Shown one piece after another: positions 11,401 to 24,122 of a stretch of 64,000 nt of DNA. The number at the start of each line of letters is the position of its first letter. Within the stretch, counting starts at the first letter, position 1. This DNA comes from Camelus ferus (Eukaryota). Both the position numbers and the translations under genes were made by a program. The notes beneath the pieces are model-generated. The model saw nothing but the letters and a program-made list of their open reading frames with translations, ran no database searches and was not told where the DNA came from. The stretch is from the NCBI RefSeq assembly GCF_009834535.1, contig NC_045696.1, positions 56,794,001 through 56,858,000 of the forward strand, read 5' to 3'.

Positions 11401-11899
11401 GAGCCGCTGCTTAATTCCCTTCCTGAGCAGGTGAAAAAAAGTATCAGGATGATCTTCACCTAGGACCCTTGGGTTTTTACCTTGCTAGGTCCTTGCTTCT
11501 AACAAATACTGTGAGCTTGATTTGAAAAGGACCTTGCTTGACTAATTTTTATATTTCTAATAGTGCTGACACTATAAAGTACTTGCTCCATGTGTAGTTA
11601 ACTGGATGGCAGTGGAGGGCAGGGATGATGCTTAAAGAAGATGATCCGTGCTGCCTCTGTAGATGCCACTAGAGGAGTGTGCATCAACCCTATGGATTCT
11701 CAAGAAGAATTGATGTGGGTCTCCTACCCCCGCCACATCTATATGGCCGTGTCCTCTGTGAAGTTTCCATTCATGCTGCAAAGAAAAATCAGTGCATCTG
11801 AGAGCCAGTTATTTCTCTCTTGCCTTCAGAGTTGTGACGCACTTGATACAGCTAAGAATGAATTATTGCAGCAGAGCCTTGGAGAAACCTTAGAGAAAG

Positions 11900-12025
11900 A
11901 TTTAGCCTATTTATTTTATAGGGGGAAGAAATAGAGGCCCAGGGAGGTGAAGAAACTTGCCCAAGTAGCTGAGGTAAAACTGAAACTGGATAACATGTTT
12001 CTCCATTGCTGACTTCCAGCAGAAG
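11900..12025 (-). mobile_element. MIR fragment
   Basis: ATTTTATAGGGGAAGAAATAGAGGCCCAGGGAGGTGAAGAAACTTGCCCAAG. Confidence 0.75.
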
Positions 12026-13709
12026 AGACTCGGGATCTCCATTTTGCTTCCTAGCAGGAAAGCTAAACTTGGCTTCAGAGAGAGTCACACAGCCCCCTTT
12101 TGCTGGGATGTGGCCCAGAGGGAGAGGAATGAGCCATGGGGATGAAGAAGAGGTCCTAGAATAGCACTACTGTGCAAGAATCAGTATTTCCTAGACAAGC
12201 CTGACTTCTGAAAATAAGATATACTCGCTGGAAAGAGAAGTGTAATTGCTTGACTACAGAGTTACCTAATCTAGTTTGGATCTTATTGTTGGAAAGTCTG
12301 ACCAAATTTGAGTTCTCCTGCACTACTTTCTCAGATCTTTAATAGTTCTGGCCTAAAGCAATCACTGCCTTTTCCAAAGAGATCTGGCCACTGCTCTGAC
12401 ATTGTCTCTGTGTGACTATTTGTGCCTTTCTGGTATTGTTTTCAGCTTATAAATAAAAAAGGAGGCAGAAATAGGTCCTGCCGAAGGTCACACCGCCTCA
12501 GTGTTAGAACCAGTCTCTCTTCATTTACAAAGGGATTCTCAGACCAGGAGAGATGGCCCAGGGAGCCCTGGTTCTCCCAGCCACTGGTCTTCTTTGGTGC
12601 CTGTCAGCCTGCCAAGAGCCAGTGCCGCAGCTCTCTTAGGCCCATCATTATCCTGGTTGGTGAGGAGGCTCTGCTGGGTTTGGAGAGGGTCGGGGCACAG
12701 GGCCAGCCAAGAAGAGAGGCCACGGAGAAGAAGTGAAGAAAAAAATCCTGGGGAAATGCATCAAAACAGTGCTGAGAGCACAGCTCTGGCTGTGGACTGA
12801 GATTTGGCAAGATGTGAAATAGCCCTGCTCAAGGTCGGAGCCATGAGGACATTCTCAAGTTGGAAACTGAAATCAATTCTTCTTTCCTTTCAGCCTGGCG
12901 GCTGAATCTGGTGGGTGCCTAGGAAGCTGGAACACTAAGAGACAGCCCTGGCAGCTGCATGAGTAAAAGGCAAAAGGGCCTGCGGACACAGGGCTGGGGT
13001 CAGAAAGGAGCCCTTCTTTGACCTTTGTCATGGGTCCCTTGCTAATAAAGGCAGAGCTACTCCATGGCCTGTGAAAGTGATCATGGGAATATCTACTGGG
13101 GGCTCCCGTTTTCATCATGATTAGTTTATTCATAAGTTTGTTTTTAAAATGCAGGAATTATATGTCCTTGTAGCTAAGGCCATGTTTTGATGAGCAGTGG
13201 GAGGTGGGCGATGGGAAGAGGCTCTTCCTCAATCATGAGTTTTAAAATTCAGGGCAGGAAAGCTGCCGCACTTCTTACCAGAGTCTGTTCTTGCCAAGAC
13301 AGGGTCAAGTGTTTTGGACGATGGAGCAAGAGGAAGGGAGGTGGGGGAGTAGTGAAAAACCAAGCCCCTTTTCTCTCTCTTCTTCACTGCTTGGTAGGTG
13401 CATAAAGGTGAATGTAATTTAGGGGTGGAGAAGGGGGCGAAGAAAAATAATGTCCAGGGAAGAAAAGTATCAAAGAATGAGAACTTTTAGAGATGGGAGA
13501 AAATCCATATTTTGAAAATTTCAGTGTGAAAGACACATTTTTCATACACATGTAATTTACACAGATAAGTCAGTGAGCAAATAAACTGTGAAGGGAAAGG
13601 GGAAGACAATACAATGGCCAGAACAAGGTGGCTGAAGGCAGGCCTGCTAGCCTCTGTAGTGGAGAAGAAAGGGAAAATAATACAGTGGGAGCAAACAGTC
13701 TGCCCTTTT

Positions 13710-14000
13710 CATGTATCAGTTCAATGTTTACTGAGCACCTATTAGGTGCCAGGCATTGTGCTGGACACTGGGTGTTCAGAAGCTGACAAGATAAAAGTTA
13801 TACCACTAAGGAGTTCACCTTCTAGAAGAGGGAGACAGCTGTTCACAGACAATCTGAGAACAAGGCATGATGGGACAGATTTAATAGAGGTACAAGCTGC
13901 ACGTTACAGAAGACAGATGAGGCTGAGATTAATTCCATCTGGCAGGGCCCAAAAACCCTCACAAAGGGGGTAACATTTGATCTGGAATTTGGAAGATGCT
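13710..14000 (-). mobile_element. L2 LINE 3' end
   Basis: ATGTTTACTGAGCACCTATTAGGTGCCAGGCATTGTGCTGGACACTGGG. Confidence 0.85.
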
Positions 14001-14458
14001 TTTTTTTTTCTTTTTCACTGTATGTTGATGTTTTCCATATATGAAAAAGGCTAATTTATTAGCTTGGGAAAATTAAATGTCTCCATTTTGCATTACAAGG
14101 ACAGCAGCAACAGTACGTGGGATGACTCCTTGGGGATGCTATGACCATCTGTCAGAGGTAAGGGCCATATTCAGTTGCTTCAATAGCCATGCAAAAGGTC
14201 TTATGGAAACAAGAGAATGCAGAGTTCAGAGAGAACCCAACTAGCTACAGTAAGAAACGGGAACTTCTCCAGGGCAAAGGACAACTCATTATTTAAGAAA
14301 AGCAACATTGCTCCCCCAATAATGTGCAGCTAATGCATTCTTACAATCACACCTCAGGTCATAGTTATAATTCATTGTTGTTTTTATATGTGAAATTGCT
14401 ATAAGAACATAGCAAGTATTAAAGTCAGAGAATGGACTGCCTCACTCAGATGTTTAAC

Positions 14459-14677
14459 CAGAGGTCAGCAAACTTTTTCTGTAAGGCCCAGATAGCAAAT
14501 ATTTTCAGCTTTGCAGGCCACATGGTCTCTGTCACAACTACTGGAATCTACCCTAACAGCAGGAGAGCAGCCAGAGGCAATATGTAAATTAATGAGGGTG
14601 ATTGTTTTCTAATAGAATTTTATTTACAAAAACAGGGAGCTCCATTTAGTCCTAAGGCCATAGTTTGTCAACCCCTG
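14459..14677 (-). mobile_element. MER58A (hAT-Charlie) DNA transposon
   Basis: TIRs CAGAGGTCAGCAAACT ... AGTTTGTCAACCCCTG; 8-bp flanks TGTTTAAC / GTTTTAAC. Confidence 0.88.
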
Positions 14678-14991
14678 GTTTTAACCATCAGTTTAACATG
14701 AGTCTTCTCAAACCCTCCCATCTCTGTAGCATGAAGCGCAGTGGAGGTATCCATTAAGAGCGTAGCCCTCCTTTCCAACCCCCCATTTCTATTTTCTAAT
14801 CAATAATTTCCTTTTCTATTTTAAAATCAAAGCATTCTCTCCCTACTTTCTAACCTGAATTTCCACCTCCATTTTTTTTCTGCCTCTAGCCAGGCATATC
14901 TTAATAGCTACTTGGATTAATCTTCTCCTCCTTAGCAACAACTGTGGCTCAGATGCTCTGGAAACAGAATTTCCAGAGCTCTATCCTGAAA

Positions 14992-15481
14992 TGTGGCATA
15001 GATTGCCAGTTGTCAGCCTCAATATTTATTCTTCTCTTTCCTTAGTAATATAACAACCCATATTTATCTAGGCATCTAGCCATCCAGAACACAGACATGT
15101 CCCAGTTTCCTTGTAGCTGACTATGACCAGGTGATTATGTTCTTGCTAATGTAACATAAACAGAAATACTGTGCAGCAACTTCTAGGAAATAATTTTAAA
15201 AAGCAGTGATGGGTGTCTGCTGCCCTTCTTCTTCATCCCTTTCTCCATTATTCTACCTGGAAAAATGATGTGATGACCGAACTCTAACTACCCTCTTGGA
15301 TCATGAAGGCAAAGACTTTGTCTTAGGATGTCAAAATAGTGATATGGAAAAAGCATTAACACTTGAAGACTGTGGACTCTCATACCATCCCTGAGCCATT
15401 TTACTTTTACCTGATAGAGAAATAAACTTCTGCCTTGTTTAAGTCCGTACTACTTGCAGCCATACCTAATCCCAATGCACA
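14992..15481 (+). mobile_element. MLT1J-like (ERVL-MaLR) solo LTR
   Basis: TGTGGCATAGATTGCCAG...CCTTAGTAA start; GAGAAATAAACTTCTGCCTTGTTTAAG...TTGCAGCC end. Confidence 0.8.
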
Positions 15482-15914
15482 CATTCAGTTGCTTTAAATT
15501 TTTAAATGAGGAAAAAGTTTTTGAAATAAAGACTGCAGTGGGTTTCACTGTAGTTCTTAACATGACTATTTTTTTTTAAATGATAATTTTAAGTCTTAAA
15601 TCATTGAACATTTATGATTGTTCAGTGTGGCAGAAGACAGCATGGGTGTCAATTTGAATTTATTGGAAGTTTGTACTATAGCTTGTAAACTTTCATTGCT
15701 TCTTAAGAATTCAAATAACAAATAGAGGCAATGGAGAAACATTTACTAATACAGTAAGTAATCCTGGCATCTGGAGCCTGCCTGGTTCTCTCAGCAACAT
15801 TGTTATCACAACAGAGCAAAGGTTATGCTACAAACCAGGTTAAACTGGCACAGAGTGCTGAACAGAGCAGTACCTCTTAGAAGAGCTGAGGGCGTACATC
15901 TTCTATAGTTCACC

Positions 15915-16398
15915 TGTTGCATACTTGCACCCCAAGCTTGCAATCAGCAGCAATGCCTGTCCCCTTCCCACCCCAAGCTTGCACTCTAAGGTCAATTTGT
16001 TCGAGGAGGTAATCAAGAGGACATGACTACCTGAGAGCTGGACCTGGGTAATCAGAGGCTCTTAACCCCCTCCCCCGTCCTTAGAATGTGTGTTCTTCCC
16101 GCCATTCCCACAGTGGGAGCTCTTCCAAGGACATAGCCTTGAGAGAGTAATGTGTTTTTAAGACCACCTGGACAGTATACATGACCTACCCAGTTAAGGC
16201 CTCTGTGTAAACTTCAAGATCATGGCTGGAGGGGGAAGGGGAGTGCAGAGATCTACTTGTTTTGTGGCCACCCAGGACAAGCCTCATAAGTAAGTTCCCT
16301 GGCTAATTAAAACTGCCAATTACCAATCTGGAGTGGTCTGCCTCTTTCTCCATTCTCTTTTTGCTCTTCCTGTATGTGCACCAGTTTGAGAACCAACA
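15915..16398 (+). mobile_element. Probable ERV1-class solo LTR, family not identified
   Basis: TGTTG...CAACA inverted termini, ~484 bp, ATTAAA at ~16306 followed by a pyrimidine-rich U5-like tract; no clean TSD seen. Confidence 0.65.
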
Positions 16399-17255
16399 TA
16401 GCTTCTTGTTGATAGAGGACATATGATAGGACCAGGGAATCCCATAGCTGTCAGCTTACACTCTCAGTTTTTTGGAGAGAAGCTTGTCCTTTGGTTGCCA
16501 ATCATACTACCTGAATTTTCACGCTGCTCTAGGCGTTCCCTGTGAGGAGGGGCCTGGCAGAGCAGTCCTATTCTGCCTTATACTCCAATACTGGACAGGA
16601 TAATTTGTCTTTTTCTTCTTTGCACTTGGTCTGAGTGTTCCTTGCCATGTTGATTTGTGTGACACAGGGCAGAGGCATAAAGGTTACACACTGGCCTTGT
16701 TTTTCTTTGCCACTAGCTAGGCAATCTGGAAACAGAGATTGCTCCCTTCCTCCTGTGCTTTACTTAAGAAAATGAAAAGGAATAAACCACTACTTTCTTT
16801 ACTATCATTCCTCAGCAATGCTCTAAGGCAGTGGCCACCAAGTTCCTGAAAGATTTGTCTTTCAGGGGCCCAAGCTATCCCAGTCCATTGCTTATTATTT
16901 CAGCCTTTCCTCCTCAAACTCTACAATTCCTCCTTCTCATACTAAGAAAGGGAGATGCTACTGCTCCTCACCCTGATCATAGACTAGAGTCAGCGCAACA
17001 CTTTCTTCGGGCCTATTATTTGACACCCCATTCCTGGTACCACTTTCAGGTTTAGTTAAGTTCTTTCAGTTGCAAGGAACAGAGATAAACGAGGAGGGGG
17101 TTGGCTATTCTAAGGGTATACTTAGATTGTAACTGAGCCTGGAAATCTGGTTGGAGTCAAAGCCGTTCCGGAGATGGGCTGCTTTCTCCAGTTCTCTCAG
17201 AGACATATGGCTTCTCTGTGCAACTTTCTGTTTGCTCTCCTGATTGGCTGTCTCT

Positions 17256-18070
17256 TCATTCATTCACCAAATATTTATTGATCAATTACCTCGTGCTGTG
17301 TGGTGCTCTCAACACCAAGGATGCACTAATGAACTTAGCAGACAAAATCATAAAGTTCAAACTCAAATGGGAAGAGACAGGCAAAACACAGGTAAATGTG
17401 TAATGTCAAGTAGCAATAAATTCTATGAAGAAAAATAAATCTGGGTAAGAAGATAGAGAGTAGCAGGGTGCTATGTTAGATAGGATGGTCAGAGAAAGCC
17501 TCTCTGAAGAGGTAAAATTTGAACCCAGATCTGAGTGAATTGAGAGAGGGAGCCATGGAGGGAAAGGTGTTCTGCAGAGGAAACAGCAAATGTGGAGATC
17601 TAAGGCAGAGATGTGCTTGGCCAGTTAAATGATCAACATGGAAATTGGCTGTGGCTGGAGTGCTGAGAGCAGGTGGAAAATTCACAGATATCAGGTTGGA
17701 AAGAGGTGTCCTGGGGCCAGATTATGTAGGGCCCTGTAGGGCATAGTATAAACAGTCCTGATCTGATTTACAAATTAAAAGTGTCATTCTGGTAGTTATG
17801 TGGAGATTAGACTGCAGGGGAGCAGGAGTGAGAGCAGAGAAGCCAGTCAGACCAGCATAGTAATCCAAAGAGAGATGATGACAATTTGGACTAACATGCT
17901 ACTGCTGGGAAGGTAGGAAGTGGGTGGATTAGAATAAATTTTGAAAAATTTGCTTGTGCACTGGATACTGAATATGAGCCGAAAAAAAAAATTCAACATC
18001 ATTTCTGTAGCATTTAAAGATAGTAAGTTCAGTATGTCAATTGAGATATTAGTGACATAGCAGCAAATAT
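17256..18070 (-). mobile_element. L2 (L2a-like) LINE 3' region
   Basis: TCATTCATTCACCAAATATTTATTGA tail; GGTCAGAGAAAGCCTCTCTGAAGAGGT; GGGGCCAGATTATGTAGGGCC. Confidence 0.88.
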
Positions 18071-18129
18071 AATTTAGAGTTAGATAATTCATAATTTTCA
18101 TGATCTTCGGCAACTTAAGTAATAAAAAC

Positions 18130-18358
18130 AATAAAATAATAACAACAGAAAGTACTTGACTAGCACTCACAGTATATCAAGCACTATTCTAAGTACTTTA
18201 TGTTCTACTAACTTAATCCGCAAAATAACCTACAGGGAAACAGGCATAGAAGGATTTCTGACTTGCCCTAGATCACACAGCTAGTGGTGGAGCTAGTATA
18301 GAAACCTATGTAGTTGGTTCCAGGGACAGTGCTCTTAGCCATCATGCTCTACTGCCTC
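18130..18358 (-). mobile_element. MIR SINE
   Basis: AGCACTATTCTAAGTACTTTA...ACTTGCCCTAGATCACACAGCTAG...GCTCTTAGCCATCATGCT. Confidence 0.85.
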
Positions 18359-19124
18359 ATGTGGTTTTGACCTTAAGTCTATTCATATGGTGTCTTACAT
18401 TGATTGATTTTCGTATGTCAAACTACCCAGGCATTCCTGGGATGGATCCCACTTAGTTGTGGTGTATGACTCTGTTTTCTTGTATTTTGTTGAGGAGTTC
18501 TGCTTCTGTATTCAGAAAGGATATTCGTCCCTAGTTTTCTTTCTTGTGATTTGTCTCTTTTTGGTATTACTGGTTTCATAGAATTGGTGGGGAAGTATTT
18601 CCCCCGTTCTGATTTTTGGGGAGAATCTATGAAGTGTTGAAAAGCTGGGCTTTTCTTTTGGAAAGTTTGTCAGTTACTAATTACTTGCTGTTATAGATCT
18701 ACTCAGATTTTCTATTTCTTCTCAAGTCAATTTTGAGAGTTTGTGTTTTTCTAGGAATTTGTCCATTTTCTACATCATGGAGGTGAAGAGATTGTATTGT
18801 CATACAATTGTTCATAGTATTCCTTTATAAGCCGTTTTATTTCTGTAAGGTTGGTAGTAATGCTCCCTCTTTTATTCCTGATTTTAGTAATTTAGATATT
18901 CTGTCTTTTTTCTTGGGAGGTTGACTAAAGATTTGTCAATTTGTTGAATTTTTCAAATAATCAACTTTTGATTTTGTTGATTTTCTGTATTGTTTTTCTA
19001 TTATCCATTTCATTTATTTCTCCTCCAATATTTATTATTTCCTTCCTACTTTAGGTTGAGTTTTGTTTTTTTTTTAGTTTCTTAAGGTGAAAGTTTACAG
19101 TCCTGATTTGTGATCTTTTATTCT

Positions 19125-19632
19125 TTTCCTCCCAGCTTTATTGTTATAATTGACAAATAAAATTATACTTAAAGTAAACAATGTGATGATTTGATATATC
19201 TATATATTGTGAAAGAATCACCACAATCAAATTAACATATTCATTACTTCACATATTTAATTCTTTTGGTGAGAACACTTAGTTCTACTCTGTTTGCAAA
19301 TTTTGATTATAGTATTATCAACTATAGTCACTATGTTATATATTAGATTCTCAGACCTTATGTATCTTAAGGATTAAAGTTTGTACACTTTTACCAAACT
19401 TTCCCCAACTTTCCCCACTGTCCCCATCCCAAACACATGACAGCCTTTTCACTCTACTGTCTGTTTCTATGAGTTAAACTTTTTTTTCCTTAAGATTTGA
19501 AATATTGTGACACCATGTCGTATTTGTCTTCTCTGTCTGACTCATTTCACTCAGCATTATGCCCTCCAGGTTAATTCATGTTGTCGCAAATGGCAGGATT
19601 TCCTTCTTTTGGGGGTCTGAATAATATTCCAT

Positions 19633-19699
<67 letters not shown>

Positions 19700-20760
19700 T
19701 ATATTTTCTTTATCCATTCATCCTTTGATGGACATCTAGGTTGTTTCCATACCTTTGCTATTGAGAATAATGCTGCAATGAATAGGCAGTGCAGTATCTC
19801 TTCAATATCTTGCATTCATTTCCTTTGGATATATACTCAGAAATGGGATTGGTAGATCATATGGTAGCTCTATTTTTAATTTTGTGAGGAACCACTATAC
19901 TACAATTCCAGCTTTTCCAACACCATTTATTGAAGAGACTACTCTTTCCTCATTGTATGTTCTTAGCACCTTTGTTGAAAATTGACCATATATGCATGGG
20001 TTTATTTCTGGGCTCCCCATTCTGTTCTGTTGGTCTGTGTCTGTTTTTACGCCGATACCACACTGTTTTGATTACTATACTTTTGTAATATAATTTGAAA
20101 ACAGGAATTGTACTATCTCCAGCTTTGTTCCTCTTTCTTAAGATTTCTTTGGCTATTTGAAGTCTTTTGTGGTTCCATATAAATTTTAGGGTTTTCCCTT
20201 TTTCTGTGAAACATATATTGGAAGTTTGAAGGGGATTGCATTGAATCTGTAGAATTACTTAGTGTAGAATGGATATTTTAACAACAGTAATTCTTCCAAT
20301 CCATGAACATGGAATATCATTCCTTTATTTGTGTCTTTCTAAATTTCTTTCATCAGTGTTTTATAGTTTTCAATGTATAGATTTTTCACCTCCTTGGTTA
20401 AATTTATTCCTGAATATTTTATACTTTTTGATACTATTGTAAATGAGATTATTTTCTTAAAATTTATCTTTCCAATAGTTTGCTGTTCATGTATACAAAC
20501 TCAACTGATTTTTGCATATTGATTTTGTATCTGCAACTTTACTGAATTCATTAGTTCTAACAGTCTTTTTGGTGGAGTCTTTCTATATATAATATCATGT
20601 CCTAAATATAATATCATATCCTTCTGGGATACCTATAATGCATATATTGATCTTCTTGATTATGTCCCATAAGTCTCTTAAGTTATCTTCACTCTTTTCC
20701 ATTCTTTTTTCTTATTGGTCTTCTGATTGGATGATTTATACTACCCTGTCTTTGATTTCA
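19125..20760 (-). mobile_element. Nested L1 with 3' UTR and internally deleted ORF2 pieces
   Basis: CAGCTTTATTGTTATAATTGACAAATAAAATT 3' end; jump at ~19900 from GAGGAACCACTATAC to CAGCTTTTCCAACACCATTTATTGAAGAGAC; jump at ~20620 to ORF1-like sequence. Confidence 0.75.
19637..19698. repeat. (TA)27 followed by (CA)4 microsatellite
   Basis: Perfect TA run 19637-19690 seen directly. Confidence 0.97.
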
Positions 20761-23024
20761 CTGTTCCCACTTTTGTCTTTGTTCCATTATTGTCATACAA
20801 CTTATATCTTTATTCATTATAAGCCTGTCAACACAGTTTTATAATTATTGTTTTATGTGGTTGTCTTTTAAATCATATAGGAGAAGAAAAGAGTTATAAT
20901 TTAAAAATATATTTATACTGTCTTTTATAATTACCTAAGTAGTTAACTTTACTGGTTCTCTTTATTTTTTCATGTGAATTTGAGTCATTGTCTAGTATCC
21001 TTCATTTTAGCCCAAAGGTCTCACTTTAGTATTTCTTTTAAGATAGGTGTGTTAGTGATACAATCTTTCAGTTTTTGTTTATCTGTGACACTCTTAATTT
21101 CACTGTTTTTGAAAGAAAATTTTGGTGGATATAGAATTCTTGGTTGACTGTGGTTTTCTTTTGGTACTTGAATATATCAGCTCACTATCTTCTGGCCTCT
21201 ACAGTTTCTGACAAGAAATCAGCTGTTAATTTTTTGTGGCTCCCTTGTGCATGATGAATTTCTTGTCTTACTGATTTCAAGATTCATTGTCTTTGGCTTC
21301 CAACAGTTTGATTACAATGTATTTCAATGTGGATCTCTTTGAGTTTATTCTACTCGGAATTCTTTGAGTGTTAGTTATGGGCTGTTGATTAATGTTTTTC
21401 GTCAAATTTTGGAAATATTCTTTCTGCCTTTTTCTTTTTTTCTCTCTCTCTCCCTTCTGGGACTCCTATTATGCCTATGTTGATAGGTTTGATGTGTCCT
21501 ATAGGTTTCTGACACTCTGTTCATTTACTTCTAATTCTAGAAATATATATCCATTCTATTTTCTCTTCAAACTGGATAATCTTGACCTATCTTAAGTTCA
21601 TTGATTTTTTTTCTTCTGCCATCTCAAAACTGCTGTTGAGACACAGAAGTAAAATTTTTATTTCGGTATTTACTTTTTAACTCTAGAATTTATATTTGCT
21701 TTTAAAAAATTATAATTTCTATCTCTTGATATTCCCTATTTGGTAAGACATTGTTCTAGTCTTTTCCTTCAGTTCTTTGAACATATTTATAATACCTGAG
21801 GTAGTCTTTGTTTAGAAAGTCCTATGTCTAGACTTCCTCGGGGACAGTTTATATAGATTGCTTTTCCTGGTTTCTTTGCATTTTTTTTTAAACTTTTTTG
21901 TTCATAACTATGCATTCAAAATAATATGTCAGCATTGGATATCAGATTGCCCCTCTTTCCCAGGGTTTGCTATTTTCCCCCTTATTGTTGTTGTTGCTTT
22001 TTGTTTGTTTAAAGACTTTTCTAAACTAATTCTGTAAATTCTGCATTATTTGTCATGTTCCATAACTGAAGTCTCTGCTTTGTTCTTAGTGGTCAACTAA
22101 TGATTGCACAGTGCTTTACTTAAATGTTTTGAACTAATATGTCTCCTAGACTTTGCTGATGGGCTTTGTGCTAGGGCATACCTTCAACTCTCTGGCAGTT
22201 CACAGCTTTGCTTTATCCCTCACTTCCTGTTTGTGTCGAAACTCAATGTCAGACAGAGTCTAGATCTTAGGACCTTCTCAGATCTTTCCTGGGTGTGCAC
22301 ACAGCCTTGCACATGTGTGCAGCCTTCTAGATTTCCAGGAATATTTTGGAGCTTTCCAAAGCCACCTATGGATATCCTATGCCCCAGCTTTTCTTCTTAG
22401 GTGTTTGAACAGCCTCTTATTTGTCCCAACAGTTATCTCCCCTTAAGGCAGTTGTGACATTAAACAATTACCACTAATTATTTTGACAAATGCCCCAGGA
22501 GAAAGGTTATATACACTGAATGAGCTCTGAGCCTGATCAAATAAAGCCTGTGAGTTGGGGTTTCCAGGGAGCTGTCAAACAAGTCAAATAATGATAGTTC
22601 TCTGAAGTTGGGGTGTTCAAAACCAATTCTGTATCCCTCCAGACTGCTGCCAGACTGCTGATTTTCACAGATATTGTATTCACAAGGCTATTAATTTTTA
22701 AGGCTACCGAGAAGCTAGAATGAGGTGGGGTGGAAATATGGCACTTAAAATACCATAAAACTCACTGTTCTTACCAAGATTTGACCATTTTTCTTAAATA
22801 GATGCCTCTCAGATTGTAGCAAGTCTTTGGTTAATTTCCAGAGTTCTGAAAAACTTGACTTTGATTATTTTATTTTTTGCTAGTGTTCTTTTTACTTTTA
22901 TGGAGAAATGGATTTTTCCTCCACCATTCCAGAAGTACTTCTCTTGTATATGTTAAATTTGAATTGTTTATTAGCATAAGGCAAGATTGTAAATTAACAG
23001 CATGTAATCTACAACCATATTTGT

Positions 23025-23525
23025 TTGGTTCTGCTGATTTCTAGCTGTGAGAACTCTTGCCTCAGCTGCCTCTTCTATGAACGGACTATATTAATAGTAA
23101 CTATCTCATAGGGTTGTTGAGAGTATTACAAATAAAGCATGTAGAATAGTGGTTGGCAAACCATGGCTTGTGGGCCAATCTTGCTCACTATTTTGTTTTT
23201 TACGGCTCATAAGCTTAAAATAATTTTTTCATTTTTAAATGGTTTTAAAATCAGGAGTATTTCCTGACACATGAACATTATATGGAATTCAAATGTCAGT
23301 GTCCATAAAGAAAGTTTTATTGCTACACCACCATGCTAATTCATTTACATATTATTGTCCATGGCTGCTTTTGCACTAAAACAGCGCAGTTGAATGGTTG
23401 TGACCAAGGCTGTTAAGCCTGCAAAGTCTCAAATACTCTCTTAGCTATTTTTAGGAAAAGTTTGCTGACCTCCAATGTAGTACATTAAAAGGCATGAAAG
23501 AACTCGATAACTGTTAGTTGTAATT
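23025..23525 (+). mobile_element. MIR SINE split by MER58B
   Basis: CTAGCTGTGAG...CCTCAG...CTATCTCATAGGGTTGTTGAGAGTATTA before the insert; ACTCGATAACTGTTAGTTG after it. Confidence 0.7.
23147..23474 (+). mobile_element. MER58B (hAT-Charlie) DNA transposon
   Basis: TIRs TAGTGGTTGGCAAAC ... AGTTTGCTGACCTCCA; 8-bp TSD ATGTAGAA / ATGTAGTA. Confidence 0.88.
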
Positions 23526-23639
23526 TTTACTAGACAGCTTATAGTTACTACTCAGTCTCTGCTCATTTTTAAAGGTATGCTCTACGTAGTCCACACTGGT
23601 CTCAACTCTGTTTCATTAGGTCACATTGTGCTCACCATG

Positions 23640-24122
23640 GCCTCCCCATCTCAGCATGGTCTGGCTCCTGTCTCCCTCTCTGAGCTCATCTTTCCCTCTT
23701 GCTCACTCTGATGTAGTTGCCCTAGCCGTCTGTCAGTTCTGGGAATGTGCCGAGCAATTTCCTTCCTCAGGGTCTTTGCGTTTGCTCTTCTCTGTGTTTG
23801 GAACACTCTTTCCCTGACTCTTCACAAATCTAGATTTATATCATTTTTCAGGTCTCAGTTTAAGTGTCACACCTCAGCAAGCCCTTCCCAGATCCTAGAG
23901 TAGAATCCCTCCCCCTTGCTATTCCTTATCCAAATATTCTACTCACTTCCTTCATGGCAATGATAATAATCTGTCATTCTCTAATACATTTATTTATTTG
24001 TAACTGCTTTTTGTCTGCTTCTGCACTAGAACATTAGCTCCTTGAGAACAAGGACTTCATGTTTCTTACTTTTTATTATAATGTGGTAGTGCCCTCACTA
24101 AATATTTGTTGAATGAATGAAT
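23640..24122 (+). mobile_element. L2 LINE 3' end
   Basis: CCTCAGGGTCTTTGCGTTTGCT...CAGGTCTCAGTTTAAGTGTCAC...AAATATTTGTTGAATGAATGA. Confidence 0.88.

Larger units (their letters stand above)
18365..22940 (-). mobile_element. Old L1 (L1M-type) composite: ORF2 5' part, ORF1 and 5' region, with a second L1 nested at ~19125-20760
   Basis: T-rich antisense L1 motifs: TTGATTGATTTTCGTATG...CCCACTTAGTTGTGGTGTA; CTAGGAATTTGTCCATTT; GGATATAGAATTCTTGGTTGAC; GAAATCAGCTGTTAAT; no intact ORF. Confidence 0.85.

Noticed and set aside
12422..13133. Cluster of ORFs in a GC-richer patch
   Set aside because: Stop-codon scarcity from composition; no CpG island, domain or consistent exon boundaries
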